From NCBI GenBank assembly GCA_043739185.1, contig JAYUEN010000008.1, forward strand, positions 2,750 through 66,749: a stretch of DNA of 64,000 nt. Direction: 5' to 3'. Below are positions 48,119 to 57,615 of the stretch, one piece after another. The stretch is from Bdellovibrionales bacterium. GTDB lineage: Bacteria > Bdellovibrionota > Bdellovibrionia > Bdellovibrionales > JAMPXM01. Below the pieces are notes generated by a model that saw nothing but the letters and a program-made list of their open reading frames with translations, had not been told where the DNA came from and did no database searches. How positions within the stretch are numbered: the first letter of the stretch is position 1; the number at the start of each line of letters is the position of its first letter. Both the position numbers and the translations under genes were made by a program.

Positions 48119-48667
48119 CTAAGGCAATTTTGACTTGAAGTATGACACGACTTTGTCCCCATAGTCACGCTTATCAAAGCGTATCAAAGGCAAATATTCG
48201 TCTAAAAGTTTTTCTTTTCCGCTGGATTCAGCAATAATTAGAGTATCACTCTTGAAAACTGAGCTTGCAGCCAATTCCGATAAAAGCTGATGGGCTAGAC
48301 ACTCGGTAAAAGGAGGGTCACAAAAAATAATGTCAAACGGCTCGGCCGAATACGTTTTTAGAAACTTGAATACATCTTGTCCGTAAATTTCAAGATTGCC
48401 AATGCTTAGGAGTTGAATGTTGCGTTTAATAATCTCGATCGACTTTTTATGCATTTCAACTGCGACAACGCTTTCTGCATTTCTTGAAATGGCTTCAATT
48501 GCAAGATTTCCAGTTCCTGAAAATAAATCTAAGACGCGGGCCCCTTCTATATTTGCTTGAAGCTTATTGAAAATACTTTCTTTTATGCGATCAGTAGTCG
48601 GGCGGATGTGGTCCGCTTTAAATGAAACCAGTTCGCGGCCTTTAAACTTTCCGGAAATAACTCTCAT
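48119..48667 (-). CDS. rsmD: 16S rRNA G966 methyltransferase RsmD
   Basis: MRVISGKFKGR, RPTTDRIKESIFN, LDLFSGTG, DPPF. Confidence 0.95.
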   Translation of the reverse strand: MRVISGKFKGRELVSFKADHIRPTTDRIKESIFNKLQANIEGARVLDLFSGTGNLAIEAISRNAESVVAVEMHKKSIEIIKRNIQLLSIGNLEIYGQDVFKFLKTYSAEPFDIIFCDPPFTECLAHQLLSELAASSVFKSDTLIIAESSGKEKLLDEYLPLIRFDKRDYGDKVVSYFKSKLP

Positions 48668-48672
48668 CTCGA

Positions 48673-49056
48673 CTAACTTGCCTTCGCGGTTTGAATCTTT
48701 TTAAGAAAGTCATAAATATCGTCTTTTTGCCCAACAGTCAGGCTTTTAAAATGAATTTCAATTAAATTCAACGGGCCACCCTTTTCAGCCGCTGTAAGAG
48801 CCCCAACAAATTGAGAATAAATTTTTACCACAGTACCAGAATTTTCAATAATATGCCCAAGAACAGGCAATGCAAACGAAAAATCAACACGCTCTCCGGG
48901 CCGTAAGTGATTTCCCTCAAGCTCAATCATAAAGCCCTGGCTACTCAATTTGACCACTTGAGCTTTGGCAGCCAAAGTCGAAGTTTTAAAATCTACGGGG
49001 AAAGGAAAGGCATTTACCTTTTTGACCCGCGTTTCGATCAATTTATTTTTTGCCAA
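48673..49056 (-). CDS. PilZ-like beta-barrel protein (degenerate)
   Basis: TTG 49056 with GGAGG SD overlapping the response-regulator end; KLSSQGF..E...L..G....F.F.LP; no RxxxR motif. Confidence 0.6.
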   Translation of the reverse strand: MAKNKLIETRVKKVNAFPFPVDFKTSTLAAKAQVVKLSSQGFMIELEGNHLRPGERVDFSFALPVLGHIIENSGTVVKIYSQFVGALTAAEKGGPLNLIEIHFKSLTVGQKDDIYDFLKKIQTAKAS

Positions 49057-49402
49057 AAACGTCCTCCACTTGCTTAACGATTTCAAAAATATTTTCAAAT
49101 GGTTTCGCGATAAAAAGATCGGCTCCCATTTCAAGAGAAGTTTGAATATTATGATCACCGCCGTAAGCGGACATCAAAATTACTTTTCCAGTTTTCCGGG
49201 TGCCAAGCTCCTTTAACACCTGTGGACCAGTTAACTTCGGCATGAGAACATCCAACATAATTAAATCAGGTTGATATTTAAGCCAGGCATTCAATCCCAA
49301 CTCTCCATCTTCAGCTTCAATTATTTCATGCCCACGGGCACGAAAGGCTCTACTCAATGATCTTCTCACAAGTACTTCGTCGTCCACAATGAGAATATTC
49401 AT
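49043..49402 (-). CDS. Single-domain response regulator
   Basis: ILIVDDE, DLIMLDVLMP, MSAY, FIAKPF. Confidence 0.93.
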   Translation of the reverse strand: MNILIVDDEVLVRRSLSRAFRARGHEIIEAEDGELGLNAWLKYQPDLIMLDVLMPKLTGPQVLKELGTRKTGKVILMSAYGGDHNIQTSLEMGADLFIAKPFENIFEIVKQVEDVFGKK

Positions 49403-51435
49403 TTTCCCTCCACCCTAGGAAGAATCACTCTAAACTTTGAGCCAACACCAAGCTCGCTAGTGACCTGAATATCACCATCAAATTTCCGCACGATAGTCCG
49501 GCTCATACTTAGGCCTAGCCCTGTCCCTTGACCTTCTTTTTTGGTCGTAAAAAAGGCCTCGAAAATATTCTCAAGATGACTCGTCGGAATTCCCGCACCT
49601 GTATCTTCAACTTCTAAAATACAAACCTCTTTACCACTAAGTTCTTCAACCTTAGATTCAATTCTCAGCGTTCCTTGCTCAAGCATTGCCTGACAGGCAT
49701 TATTGACCAAATTAAAAACCACTTGCTGAATCAATTGAGGCTCAACTAAGACCATAGACTCACTGGGCTCGAAAATGATTTCAGTCCGGTGTTCACGAAA
49801 TGAGGTTTTAAGCATGGGCAAAGTTTTTCGAATGATTTCGTTAAGGGCCACACCCACTTTGCGACTTTCAGTTGCTCCAGAAGCAAACTGCAACAAATTT
49901 TCAATGATTTTTTGGGATCGTTCCGCTGCACGCTCGACCTCACCTAAATCCTCTTTCACCTGCGGCTTGTCTGAAACCTCTTCAATTAAAATCTGAGAAA
50001 GTGAGCGAATGCCCGTAAGCGGATTATTCAATTCATGAGCAATGTTTCCGGCAAGAAAGCCAATCGCTGCCATCTTTTCAGTTTGAACCACTTTGCCTTG
50101 CAATTCCCGCGTCGAGGTAACATCGACATAATGATTGATGACTGCAGCACTTGCTGTTTCGTTTTCAAGTCGAATTGGATACGAATGAACTTCAAAGACT
50201 CGATTTTCTCTTTTAATGAAACCACGCTTTGATTTGTTCGACACCAGGGCTTGATCCAGAGGGCAACCTTCGCATTTTAAATCTGAATTTTGAAAGGTCT
50301 GATGACATTTCTTCCCGAGATTTTTCGCGTTGAAATGTCGATTGGCCCGCACGATATTGTATTGTGCATCCATGATTGCAATCGGGTCTTGAATTCCGTC
50401 AAAAGTGCTTTCCCATTGCTGTGAAGTCGATTTGAGATGCTTTTCTAAGATGATTCGATCAAGTGCAATGCTTATGGGCTGCAACCAATCTTTCGTTAAA
50501 TCTAGAAAAAATTCGACCTCCGAATCAGAAAAATTGTGCTCGAAATAAAGGTGTGGCAACAAATTGTCATGCGCAGTTAAATTGAGCTTTTGGCTAAGCG
50601 GTAAAGCTAAAATCTTACCTAGGGGACGTCCAAACTCATTGGCCAGATACTTCTGATCTTCGCGATCATTGATACGAATCTCATTTGGACTTGGCCATTT
50701 GTTCCTTACTGTTTTTTCAAAAATCTGTTTGCCCTGAATAGAAACCATTTTTGCAGTGCCATCGAGGCCTACAAAATTTAAAATGGGCGGTCTAAGTTCG
50801 TGAAAGCGCCGCAGCTCCTTAGATATGAGATGCAGAAGTTCATCAATAGAACGGAGGTGTGAAAGCTCTTGAACCAAGTGGGTCAGATCTCTCATATGGG
50901 TCAAATTGGTTTCCGCCTCTTTGTTGGCGGATTCCAAGTGATTCGTTCTGTCCAGCACCATATTTTCAAGATTGATATTTAGATTTTCAAGCTTCCGATT
51001 TTGATCTCGAATTTCCTCTAGCAGTTTTTTATTATTTAAAGAGTTTCGAAATTCATCGCCAGCCGAGATGAGTGTTTCTCTCAATATTTGTTCTGAGAAA
51101 GGTTCAAGGAGAGCGGCAAATACGCCGCCAACATTAACTGCATCAACCAAAAAACTGTTTTCGATTTCATGACCGATGAGAAGTCTTGTGGTTTGAGGTG
51201 CGACTTTTTTTGCTGTCGCCAATAAATCGAGGCACTCTGAAGAATTTCTATCATAATCAACCACTAATATCGAATAGTAGTCGCTTGCAAGTGCATCGTT
51301 GATATGTTCGCGGGTCAAAAACATATCGATAAAATAGCCGCCACCTAAGGTCGGCGGTTTTCGCTTGGTGCTCGAATACCAAAGTACTCGAATTTGCGAA
51401 GGTATTAATGGGTCTATATGAGAAGAAGATTCCAA
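49399..51435 (-). CDS. Cytoplasmic NtrB-like histidine kinase (pseudo-receiver, coiled coil, PAS, HisKA, HATPase)
   Basis: AHELNNPL, NLVNNA, EDTGAGI, FFTTK..GQGTGLGL; no TM helix. Confidence 0.92.
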   Translation of the reverse strand: MESSSHIDPLIPSQIRVLWYSSTKRKPPTLGGGYFIDMFLTREHINDALASDYYSILVVDYDRNSSECLDLLATAKKVAPQTTRLLIGHEIENSFLVDAVNVGGVFAALLEPFSEQILRETLISAGDEFRNSLNNKKLLEEIRDQNRKLENLNINLENMVLDRTNHLESANKEAETNLTHMRDLTHLVQELSHLRSIDELLHLISKELRRFHELRPPILNFVGLDGTAKMVSIQGKQIFEKTVRNKWPSPNEIRINDREDQKYLANEFGRPLGKILALPLSQKLNLTAHDNLLPHLYFEHNFSDSEVEFFLDLTKDWLQPISIALDRIILEKHLKSTSQQWESTFDGIQDPIAIMDAQYNIVRANRHFNAKNLGKKCHQTFQNSDLKCEGCPLDQALVSNKSKRGFIKRENRVFEVHSYPIRLENETASAAVINHYVDVTSTRELQGKVVQTEKMAAIGFLAGNIAHELNNPLTGIRSLSQILIEEVSDKPQVKEDLGEVERAAERSQKIIENLLQFASGATESRKVGVALNEIIRKTLPMLKTSFREHRTEIIFEPSESMVLVEPQLIQQVVFNLVNNACQAMLEQGTLRIESKVEELSGKEVCILEVEDTGAGIPTSHLENIFEAFFTTKKEGQGTGLGLSMSRTIVRKFDGDIQVTSELGVGSKFRVILPRVEGK

Positions 51436-51489
51436 TTGTTACTCCGACTTTCTATTGTCTCGAAGCACACTAGAATACACAAGCTTCGC

Positions 51490-52107
51490 TTACTTCACCT
51501 GACCTTCGTCCTGATAGCTCTTCAAAATTGGCACCATTGATTCGAGATCAGTACTCATTTCGTATTCCAAGAGGTCCGCAATCAATATGCAATCCTTCTT
51601 TTCAGACGCTTGCAGTAATTCTTTCAGGTCACCGACGAATTTTTTTTCAAGCTTAAGCCAGTTTTCAGAAAACTTTGATTTGTCACTTAAATTTTCATGT
51701 GCACCTCTCATATGTACAACTGTATCCAATAACCAAAAGCATCCTTCTACAACGTCTTGAAAAAACTGCTGGGCCTCTTGCATTTTCCCTGTCCTGTAAA
51801 ACTCTGAGCATTCAATACAAGCCGCTTGAACCTTCGGCAGATAGTCCAAAGCAGAATGCAAAGCTTGAGCGATCAAATTTTTAGGCGCATTGGTCTGTAC
51901 CATCAACTCATTGATCTCTCCCAATTTTGATTCTGAAAATTTCTTTTCATCTTCTTCTTTCAGAACCAAACCATTGACTCTGATTTCGCAAACCACTTCT
52001 CCATGGCCCATGAACTCAGCTTCTATATTTTTTATTACGTCACCAAGTGTTTCACATCCTGCAAATTTCTCATCGATCTCAGGCTTCGTCCAAAATGTCT
52101 TTATCAT
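51490..52107 (-). CDS. Hypothetical protein at the end of the glycosylation locus
   Basis: Overlaps the GT9 stop; C-terminal D.ILIADLLEYE motif. Confidence 0.75.
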   Translation of the reverse strand: MIKTFWTKPEIDEKFAGCETLGDVIKNIEAEFMGHGEVVCEIRVNGLVLKEEDEKKFSESKLGEINELMVQTNAPKNLIAQALHSALDYLPKVQAACIECSEFYRTGKMQEAQQFFQDVVEGCFWLLDTVVHMRGAHENLSDKSKFSENWLKLEKKFVGDLKELLQASEKKDCILIADLLEYEMSTDLESMVPILKSYQDEGQVK

Positions 52108-53545
52108 TTAAAACTCCATTTTTTAATTTGTACCAATTTTCTAAAGGATATATTTTCAACAGGCGATCGAGCGCCAGATGGACTCTTTCAAAACCGTCCA
52201 TTACTTGCAGATAATCTCCTGGTGCAATACGAAGTTTTTCGGTCCGAACCCACCTATTCAGCACGCTCACCTCAGGGGCAAGTTTTTCAATTGTCGAAAA
52301 AATCTGATCAACTTGCTCCAAACAACTAAGAGCAATTTTGTTCTTTGGATCTTTCTTTAAGAAATTAATTTGTTCAAGAGCGACTTGATTGGCTTCGCAC
52401 AGACGAAGAAATGCCTGCCGAACGCTCGGGTCACTTATATATGGCAGCTCCCCCCCCATATAAATCGCCGTATTCAGCTGCCACCCAAATGCTTTGCTTT
52501 CGGGCTGAGGCACAATATAAGTGCCAGTTTCAAAATCCAATGTGATCGCTTGAACTGGGATACTTTCGTCAAATAATATAGATTCAATTCCCGCAAGAAA
52601 GAGTTCTTCGGACATTTCGGTCTCTTTTTTGATTTTGTAAATTTGGCTTTTTGCCGAGCGCGGACCCGTTTCCCAGAAATTTACGGCATCAAAGCTAAAA
52701 TTGAAAACCGGTGTTTGCGTCAATGCCGCCATATGAATTGGCGCACTATCCGCCCCAATCAATAACGAACTTTCAGAAATTAAGTCCATGGCCTCTACTA
52801 AAGTTGTTTGACCTACTTTGTTAATCAGCTGTTTCGAGCTAATTTGGCCACAAATATATTCGCCGATTGCAGCTTCTTCGCTAGCTCCAATCAAAATTAC
52901 TGCTTCATTTAGCTTTTCGCAAAGAGCGGAAATTAAACTTCGCCATTTTTCATTTGAAAATCTTTTTTCCTCATTGCTCGCCCCAATGTGAACGATTATC
53001 TGCTTTTTTGGCTCGGCCAATTTTGCTGCTCCAAAATCAGTGGCTTGCAGCTCGACTTCTGCAGTTTGCGCAAAAAGATCTGTCACATGAATGCGATTGC
53101 TTAAGCCAACGCCGACCTGAGCGAAAAAATAGCTACTGACTTCATCCGGAATACAGAGGTAACCGTCACTGAATCGAGTGAGCCCGTTTATTTTTGAGTG
53201 GTCAGAAGCCAATGCCTCAACCAAAAAGCTCGAGAAGGTCGAAAAGCTCAAATTAATCAGGCGATCATATCCAATCGCTTTGATACTCGAGGTAAATTCA
53301 AATAGCTGATCTACAGAAGACTGAATCTGGGGTTGATCGCAAAATACTTCACCCAAAATCAGTTTCGAATTTAAAGTAAAAACATCACTTACTTCAGATA
53401 GCCCCTTTGTCGCTAAGGAAAAGCGCTCTCTGGTTAACAGGTCGATCTTGGCCGCTGTGCCATACTGTCTACGCAAAGCGCGAATCACAGGCCAGGTTTG
53501 ATAAATATCGCCTAGCCTAGCGAGTTGAATGACGAGAATTTTCAT
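52079..53545 (-). CDS. Glycosyltransferase family 9 (heptosyltransferase-like) with C-terminal extension
   Basis: MKILVIQLARLGDI, HIGAS...KR, GQTTL, IGADSAPIHMAA. Confidence 0.88.
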   Translation of the reverse strand: MKILVIQLARLGDIYQTWPVIRALRRQYGTAAKIDLLTRERFSLATKGLSEVSDVFTLNSKLILGEVFCDQPQIQSSVDQLFEFTSSIKAIGYDRLINLSFSTFSSFLVEALASDHSKINGLTRFSDGYLCIPDEVSSYFFAQVGVGLSNRIHVTDLFAQTAEVELQATDFGAAKLAEPKKQIIVHIGASNEEKRFSNEKWRSLISALCEKLNEAVILIGASEEAAIGEYICGQISSKQLINKVGQTTLVEAMDLISESSLLIGADSAPIHMAALTQTPVFNFSFDAVNFWETGPRSAKSQIYKIKKETEMSEELFLAGIESILFDESIPVQAITLDFETGTYIVPQPESKAFGWQLNTAIYMGGELPYISDPSVRQAFLRLCEANQVALEQINFLKKDPKNKIALSCLEQVDQIFSTIEKLAPEVSVLNRWVRTEKLRIAPGDYLQVMDGFERVHLALDRLLKIYPLENWYKLKNGVLNDKDILDEA

Positions 53546-53687
53546 TTGGCATTTGCTCCATTATAAATTCACGAAATAGTATTAATTTCTTTTTTTGTAG
53601 AATGCTTATCTTCGGATTCGCCAATTGACGATTCAACCAGCTAAGAGCTGGATCAAGATATTTCCTAATTTCTTCCTGGGCCGCCAC
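53517..53687 (-). CDS. Putative 56-aa small protein between the two GT9 genes
   Basis: GGAGG-6nt-GTG right after the upstream stop; overlaps the next start; fills the gap. Confidence 0.55.
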   Translation of the reverse strand: MAAQEEIRKYLDPALSWLNRQLANPKISILQKKKLILFREFIMEQMPNENSRHSTR

Positions 53688-53688
53688 G

Positions 53689-55338
53689 TTATACCTCCAA
53701 ATCAATTTGCAAGCTACGCACGAGTTTCATTTCGATTTCAGTTTTAAGTTTTGCTTTTGAAAGAGCCGTCTGCAATTTTCGCAAACCCACAAATGTAGGT
53801 GTTTTATCATCAATGAAAAAGTGGGCACTCAAGCTTTCTGGCTTGGTTTCATCTTGATCCTCAAAAGATTTCAATTCCTTTAACAAAGAACCAAGTTTAA
53901 TTGGATTCGGATCACTGAGACGATACCTGTAAAAATCATTTTCAATTGTGTTGATCCTAAATTGCTTGAGATTTAGAGATTTTTCATATTTTTCAAAAAG
54001 CTGCATTAAAATTTTTAGCGAAGTCTTGGCGCTCATTTCCCGCATGAGCATCGCCAGATGATCGGCCTCGGTACCCATTTCTAAAAAAATATTGCGCTCA
54101 TTTGCCGAATGTTGAACATACAATTTTGTGGCAAATTTACGGATCGTCTTGAGCACTTGAGATTCAAAATCACCACTTGCTTCTTCAAGGGCCATCCAGG
54201 TTCCAGTTTTATAAATGTCTACCCTATAGAACTTCGCTTCATCTGAAAACTCTTCAGCGATTTTACTTAAATGCAATCCTCTTGTTCTTAACGTATCGAC
54301 CGCAACAACACTCATCAATTCATGAGAAATACGGTCAGAACAAAGATGGCTTGAATAAGGGCAATTCGAATTATGTTGGCAAGGTGCACAGGCTTCTTGT
54401 GACTGAATGATGATAGCATTTTCAGAATAGGCTCCTGTGCGCTTGAAATCGCTACTGCCGAGGCACAATTCAATTATTTTTATTTCCGAAGCCGAGGCAA
54501 TGTGTTTAATACTTGTATCGCCTGTAATCAGAAGATCCGATTTTAATAATAATGAGTAGGCTCTTCCCAAATCACAAATCAAAATTTCGCAAAATTTCAA
54601 ATCTCCAAATGCCTTTCTCAGCTGTCCTTCTTCATTCGGCGAACCTAACAGAGTAAAATTTGCTTCTGGCATAGAGGCGTAAATGCTTTCAATACTTGAA
54701 CGAAACTTCTTAAGCTGCCAATTTTTTTTCGCATCACTGGTCAGCGCTTGAATTACTATGTGCGGCCCGCCTTTGGTGCTTTTTCGCAAATAATTTATGA
54801 CCCATTCACGATCAGCCGCGTTTTCTCGCAATCTGATGCCAAGTCGGGGCCGATTGATTTGTGCCGAGTATTTGTATATATCAACAAAATGAAAACAATT
54901 TGTATCGCTACCTTGCTGATCAAAATTGAGATGCTGAAACCATGCCGATTCAATTCGCGGACCATTTTGATCATCATACCAAAGCCCGATTCGCGTCTCA
55001 GCTTGAATGGCTCCCGTTAAGTAAGCACTCAATTTATTGTGAGTCAGATTAAATATGTGATTGTAATTTTGACTATTCAAACTGCAAATGAGCTGCTCGA
55101 CTCGATCAAAAGCTTCAAAAATAAAACGATCACTTTCGCCGATAGCAGACTGTATGAGCTCACGATCAAAGAAATAGCATTGATTTATTTCGGGCAATAG
55201 TCTTACCACATTTTCAAATTGTCTATTGATGAGCAAATCAATCTTGGCATTTGGATATTGGTCTCTTAGACCCTGTATGACCGGAGTCGAAAGCACAATA
55301 TCGCCAAGTCTCAACAATTGGACAATGAGAATTTTCAT
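53689..55338 (-). CDS. Glycosyltransferase family 9 with C-terminal extension
   Basis: MKILIVQLLRLGDIV, KNW, ITGDTSIKHIA, CAPC...C....C. Confidence 0.88.
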   Translation of the reverse strand: MKILIVQLLRLGDIVLSTPVIQGLRDQYPNAKIDLLINRQFENVVRLLPEINQCYFFDRELIQSAIGESDRFIFEAFDRVEQLICSLNSQNYNHIFNLTHNKLSAYLTGAIQAETRIGLWYDDQNGPRIESAWFQHLNFDQQGSDTNCFHFVDIYKYSAQINRPRLGIRLRENAADREWVINYLRKSTKGGPHIVIQALTSDAKKNWQLKKFRSSIESIYASMPEANFTLLGSPNEEGQLRKAFGDLKFCEILICDLGRAYSLLLKSDLLITGDTSIKHIASASEIKIIELCLGSSDFKRTGAYSENAIIIQSQEACAPCQHNSNCPYSSHLCSDRISHELMSVVAVDTLRTRGLHLSKIAEEFSDEAKFYRVDIYKTGTWMALEEASGDFESQVLKTIRKFATKLYVQHSANERNIFLEMGTEADHLAMLMREMSAKTSLKILMQLFEKYEKSLNLKQFRINTIENDFYRYRLSDPNPIKLGSLLKELKSFEDQDETKPESLSAHFFIDDKTPTFVGLRKLQTALSKAKLKTEIEMKLVRSLQIDLEV

Positions 55339-55955
55339 CTAATCAGCTCTTCTAATATATACAAAACTCGTCTCTCTTTTGTAAGCCTCTCATCACTGTT
55401 CCTAAAAGCAGATGCAATATCTTTTACTGAAAGGACTTGATCCGATGGCAAGTTATGAAAATCAATCTGACTCTTATATTCACGTCTCGCTTGGCCAAAT
55501 TGGGTCAATGCATAGCTTGATCGACCAGTTAGTAAGGTCTCAATTTCATCAAAGATGCCTTTGTTCAAGATTTGAGTACTCGGCAATCGAAGCGTACAAA
55601 ATATATTTTCCGAGGCGTCCATGATTTTTGAATTGCCAAAAATATCCGAAGCTTTTGAAATGTGAAAGATTTGAAACGCAGTTAGGGCATTGAAGTGGGC
55701 TAAACTGCCGTTTAGTAATTCGCCATCTACTTCAAGAATGATTATTTCTTTATCGGGAAATGCATTTCTCAGCTCGAAACAATGATAAATGTTCCCAAGA
55801 CCAAGAATTATAATTTTGTTAAAATCATTCAATTTGGTTACTTGATTCTTTAGCCAAAGCTGAGCTTCCCGAACGGGATCATAGGACGAATTAATGAATC
55901 GTCCTTCTATCTTTAATATCGGCAAACCTGTCCGCGACCTTTCAATTTCTAACAT
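55335..55955 (-). CDS. Protein resembling the N-terminal region of Maf (motility-associated factor) proteins
   Basis: SRTGLP...I.GR...SSYDPVREA..W....IIILGLG..YH. Confidence 0.6.
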   Translation of the reverse strand: MLEIERSRTGLPILKIEGRFINSSYDPVREAQLWLKNQVTKLNDFNKIIILGLGNIYHCFELRNAFPDKEIIILEVDGELLNGSLAHFNALTAFQIFHISKASDIFGNSKIMDASENIFCTLRLPSTQILNKGIFDEIETLLTGRSSYALTQFGQARREYKSQIDFHNLPSDQVLSVKDIASAFRNSDERLTKERRVLYILEELIR

Positions 55956-56959
55956 GGGCGTTTCGCTTCAAGTATTTTGGCGTCGCGAATGGCCTTTGCC
56001 AATTGCAGAGCTCCGGGAATCTCAGAATCCAAAGCTAAAACTCTTTGCATTTCAATCTGAGCATCATCTAATCGGTTGAGATGAGCGAAAATTTTTGCCA
56101 ACGTAAAACTCATTTCAGTATCTTCACTCTCAAGACTTAAATATTCTTGTAAACGTTCAATCACTTGCCCAAATTTAAAATCACAAACGCCCCATTCAAT
56201 TAAGAGGCGGAGTGCCGTACGATTTTTGGCATTGATGTCGAGGGCTCGTTCAATATTCGCATGAGAAAGTTCAAAATCTCCCATATGCCTGTGCACCAAC
56301 GAAAGACCTACCCACGCCTTATCATTCTCACCATTTAATTGAATCGCCTCACGAAAATAGCTCAGTGCTTTTTCAAGATTTTCTCTCTGAATCTCAAGAG
56401 TTCCGTAATTGACCAACAAAGTATCGGACTTCGAATCGATCGTGAATGCTTTGTTATAATATTCTTCAGCTGTCTCGAAATCTCTGCTTCTGACGAAAAT
56501 ATTACCAAGATTTTTATAGACGTTAAACAATTCGCTGAGCGGCACTTTAATATCCATTAGGGCTGTCTGGTAATATTTCATGGCGTCCTGATCACGCTCC
56601 ATAACGTAATAAACATCGGCGAGCAAAATGAAATTTTCGCTTTGAGGCTCAATTTTTACCAGGGCTTGAAAGCACTTTAATGCATGATCAAGCCGACCCA
56701 ATTCACGATGGCAAACTCCTATGCGGCGAATGGCGGGAGCAAAATAAGGGGCTCTCGATAACACACTTCGTAGCAAAGAGATGGCCAGTTGATACTCTCG
56801 ATGAGACATCAAAGTCCGGGCATTCTCCATAATCGTCGCATCTGACTCTCTGATTCTTTCTCGGCTCTTATGTTTGATCTCTTCAAATGCCTCAGCAGTA
56901 TGAGATTGATAAGAGCCTTGATTAAAATATTCTGCTGATGGTGAAGTGAGTTCTGACAT
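55949..56959 (-). CDS. Cytoplasmic TPR protein
   Basis: Multiple TPRs (NLGNIF...A..YY.KA; NYG.L....A..YF..A); ATG 56959 with GAGGG SD. Confidence 0.88.
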   Translation of the reverse strand: MSELTSPSAEYFNQGSYQSHTAEAFEEIKHKSRERIRESDATIMENARTLMSHREYQLAISLLRSVLSRAPYFAPAIRRIGVCHRELGRLDHALKCFQALVKIEPQSENFILLADVYYVMERDQDAMKYYQTALMDIKVPLSELFNVYKNLGNIFVRSRDFETAEEYYNKAFTIDSKSDTLLVNYGTLEIQRENLEKALSYFREAIQLNGENDKAWVGLSLVHRHMGDFELSHANIERALDINAKNRTALRLLIEWGVCDFKFGQVIERLQEYLSLESEDTEMSFTLAKIFAHLNRLDDAQIEMQRVLALDSEIPGALQLAKAIRDAKILEAKRPC

Positions 56960-57031
56960 TTTGCCCTCTCTTAGTCCGGTATTGGATGATCTAACTTCCG
57001 CTAACAAATTGCGGTCTTGAAAGCTAGAGAG

Positions 57032-57047
57032 AGCAAGTGAGGTGCCA
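57032..57047 (-). promoter_or_regulatory. Sigma54 promoter of the TPR/Maf-like/GT9 operon
   Basis: TGGCAC-CTCAC-TTGCT, a perfect consensus match. Confidence 0.88.
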
Positions 57048-57087
57048 CTCCTAGAAAGGCGGCTGAATGCTTTAAATTATTTTTTTC

Positions 57088-57132
57088 GCCAGAGATTTGA
57101 CCTTACACATATCGCCACGTCAAATGATTGAC
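57088..57132. promoter_or_regulatory. Two candidate activator boxes (GYCA-N6-TGAC)
   Basis: GCCAGAGATTTGAC (57088-57101) and GTCAAATGATTGAC (57119-57132), 31 bp apart. Confidence 0.55.
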
Positions 57133-57167
57133 TGGCGAGATTTTGAATGTGCGTGAAGTAAGCTCAA

Positions 57168-57593
57168 CTATACTTCTTCGTCCAGTTGATTGTGCTGACT
57201 ACCACTATGATATGCCCCGACAACTTTTTTGGCGCGTTTGGTATTTCGAAGTTCAGTGATGATACTCGACTTCTCTTTTTCAACAGATGAAAGTATATGA
57301 AGGTCCTGTGCCAAAATTGCCTTTACCCATTGAGATTTTTCTTTCAATAGCAACTCGATTTCTGTTTTGTTTTTTTGATTGAAGTCGTGTTGCTCATTGG
57401 GGCCACGGTTTTCTGTATCGATGCGGCCATCAATATCTCGAATCATTTCCAATAGCGTATCGCGTGTTTGATAAAAGCTCTCGAGCCCATCAAAGTTACG
57501 ATTTGCAAAGTTGGTCATTTCAGATTCATTGATCTCATAGAATCTCTCGAGATAATTATTCTTTTCCTTTAATAACTTTATGATTCTTTGCAT
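57168..57593 (-). CDS. FlgN/FliT-like helical flagellar chaperone
   Basis: Directly after fliS; helical; GGAGGG SD before ATG 57593. Confidence 0.6.
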   Translation of the reverse strand: MQRIIKLLKEKNNYLERFYEINESEMTNFANRNFDGLESFYQTRDTLLEMIRDIDGRIDTENRGPNEQHDFNQKNKTEIELLLKEKSQWVKAILAQDLHILSSVEKEKSSIITELRNTKRAKKVVGAYHSGSQHNQLDEEV

Positions 57594-57615
57594 GCGCCCT
57601 CCAGTGGCTGTTAAA

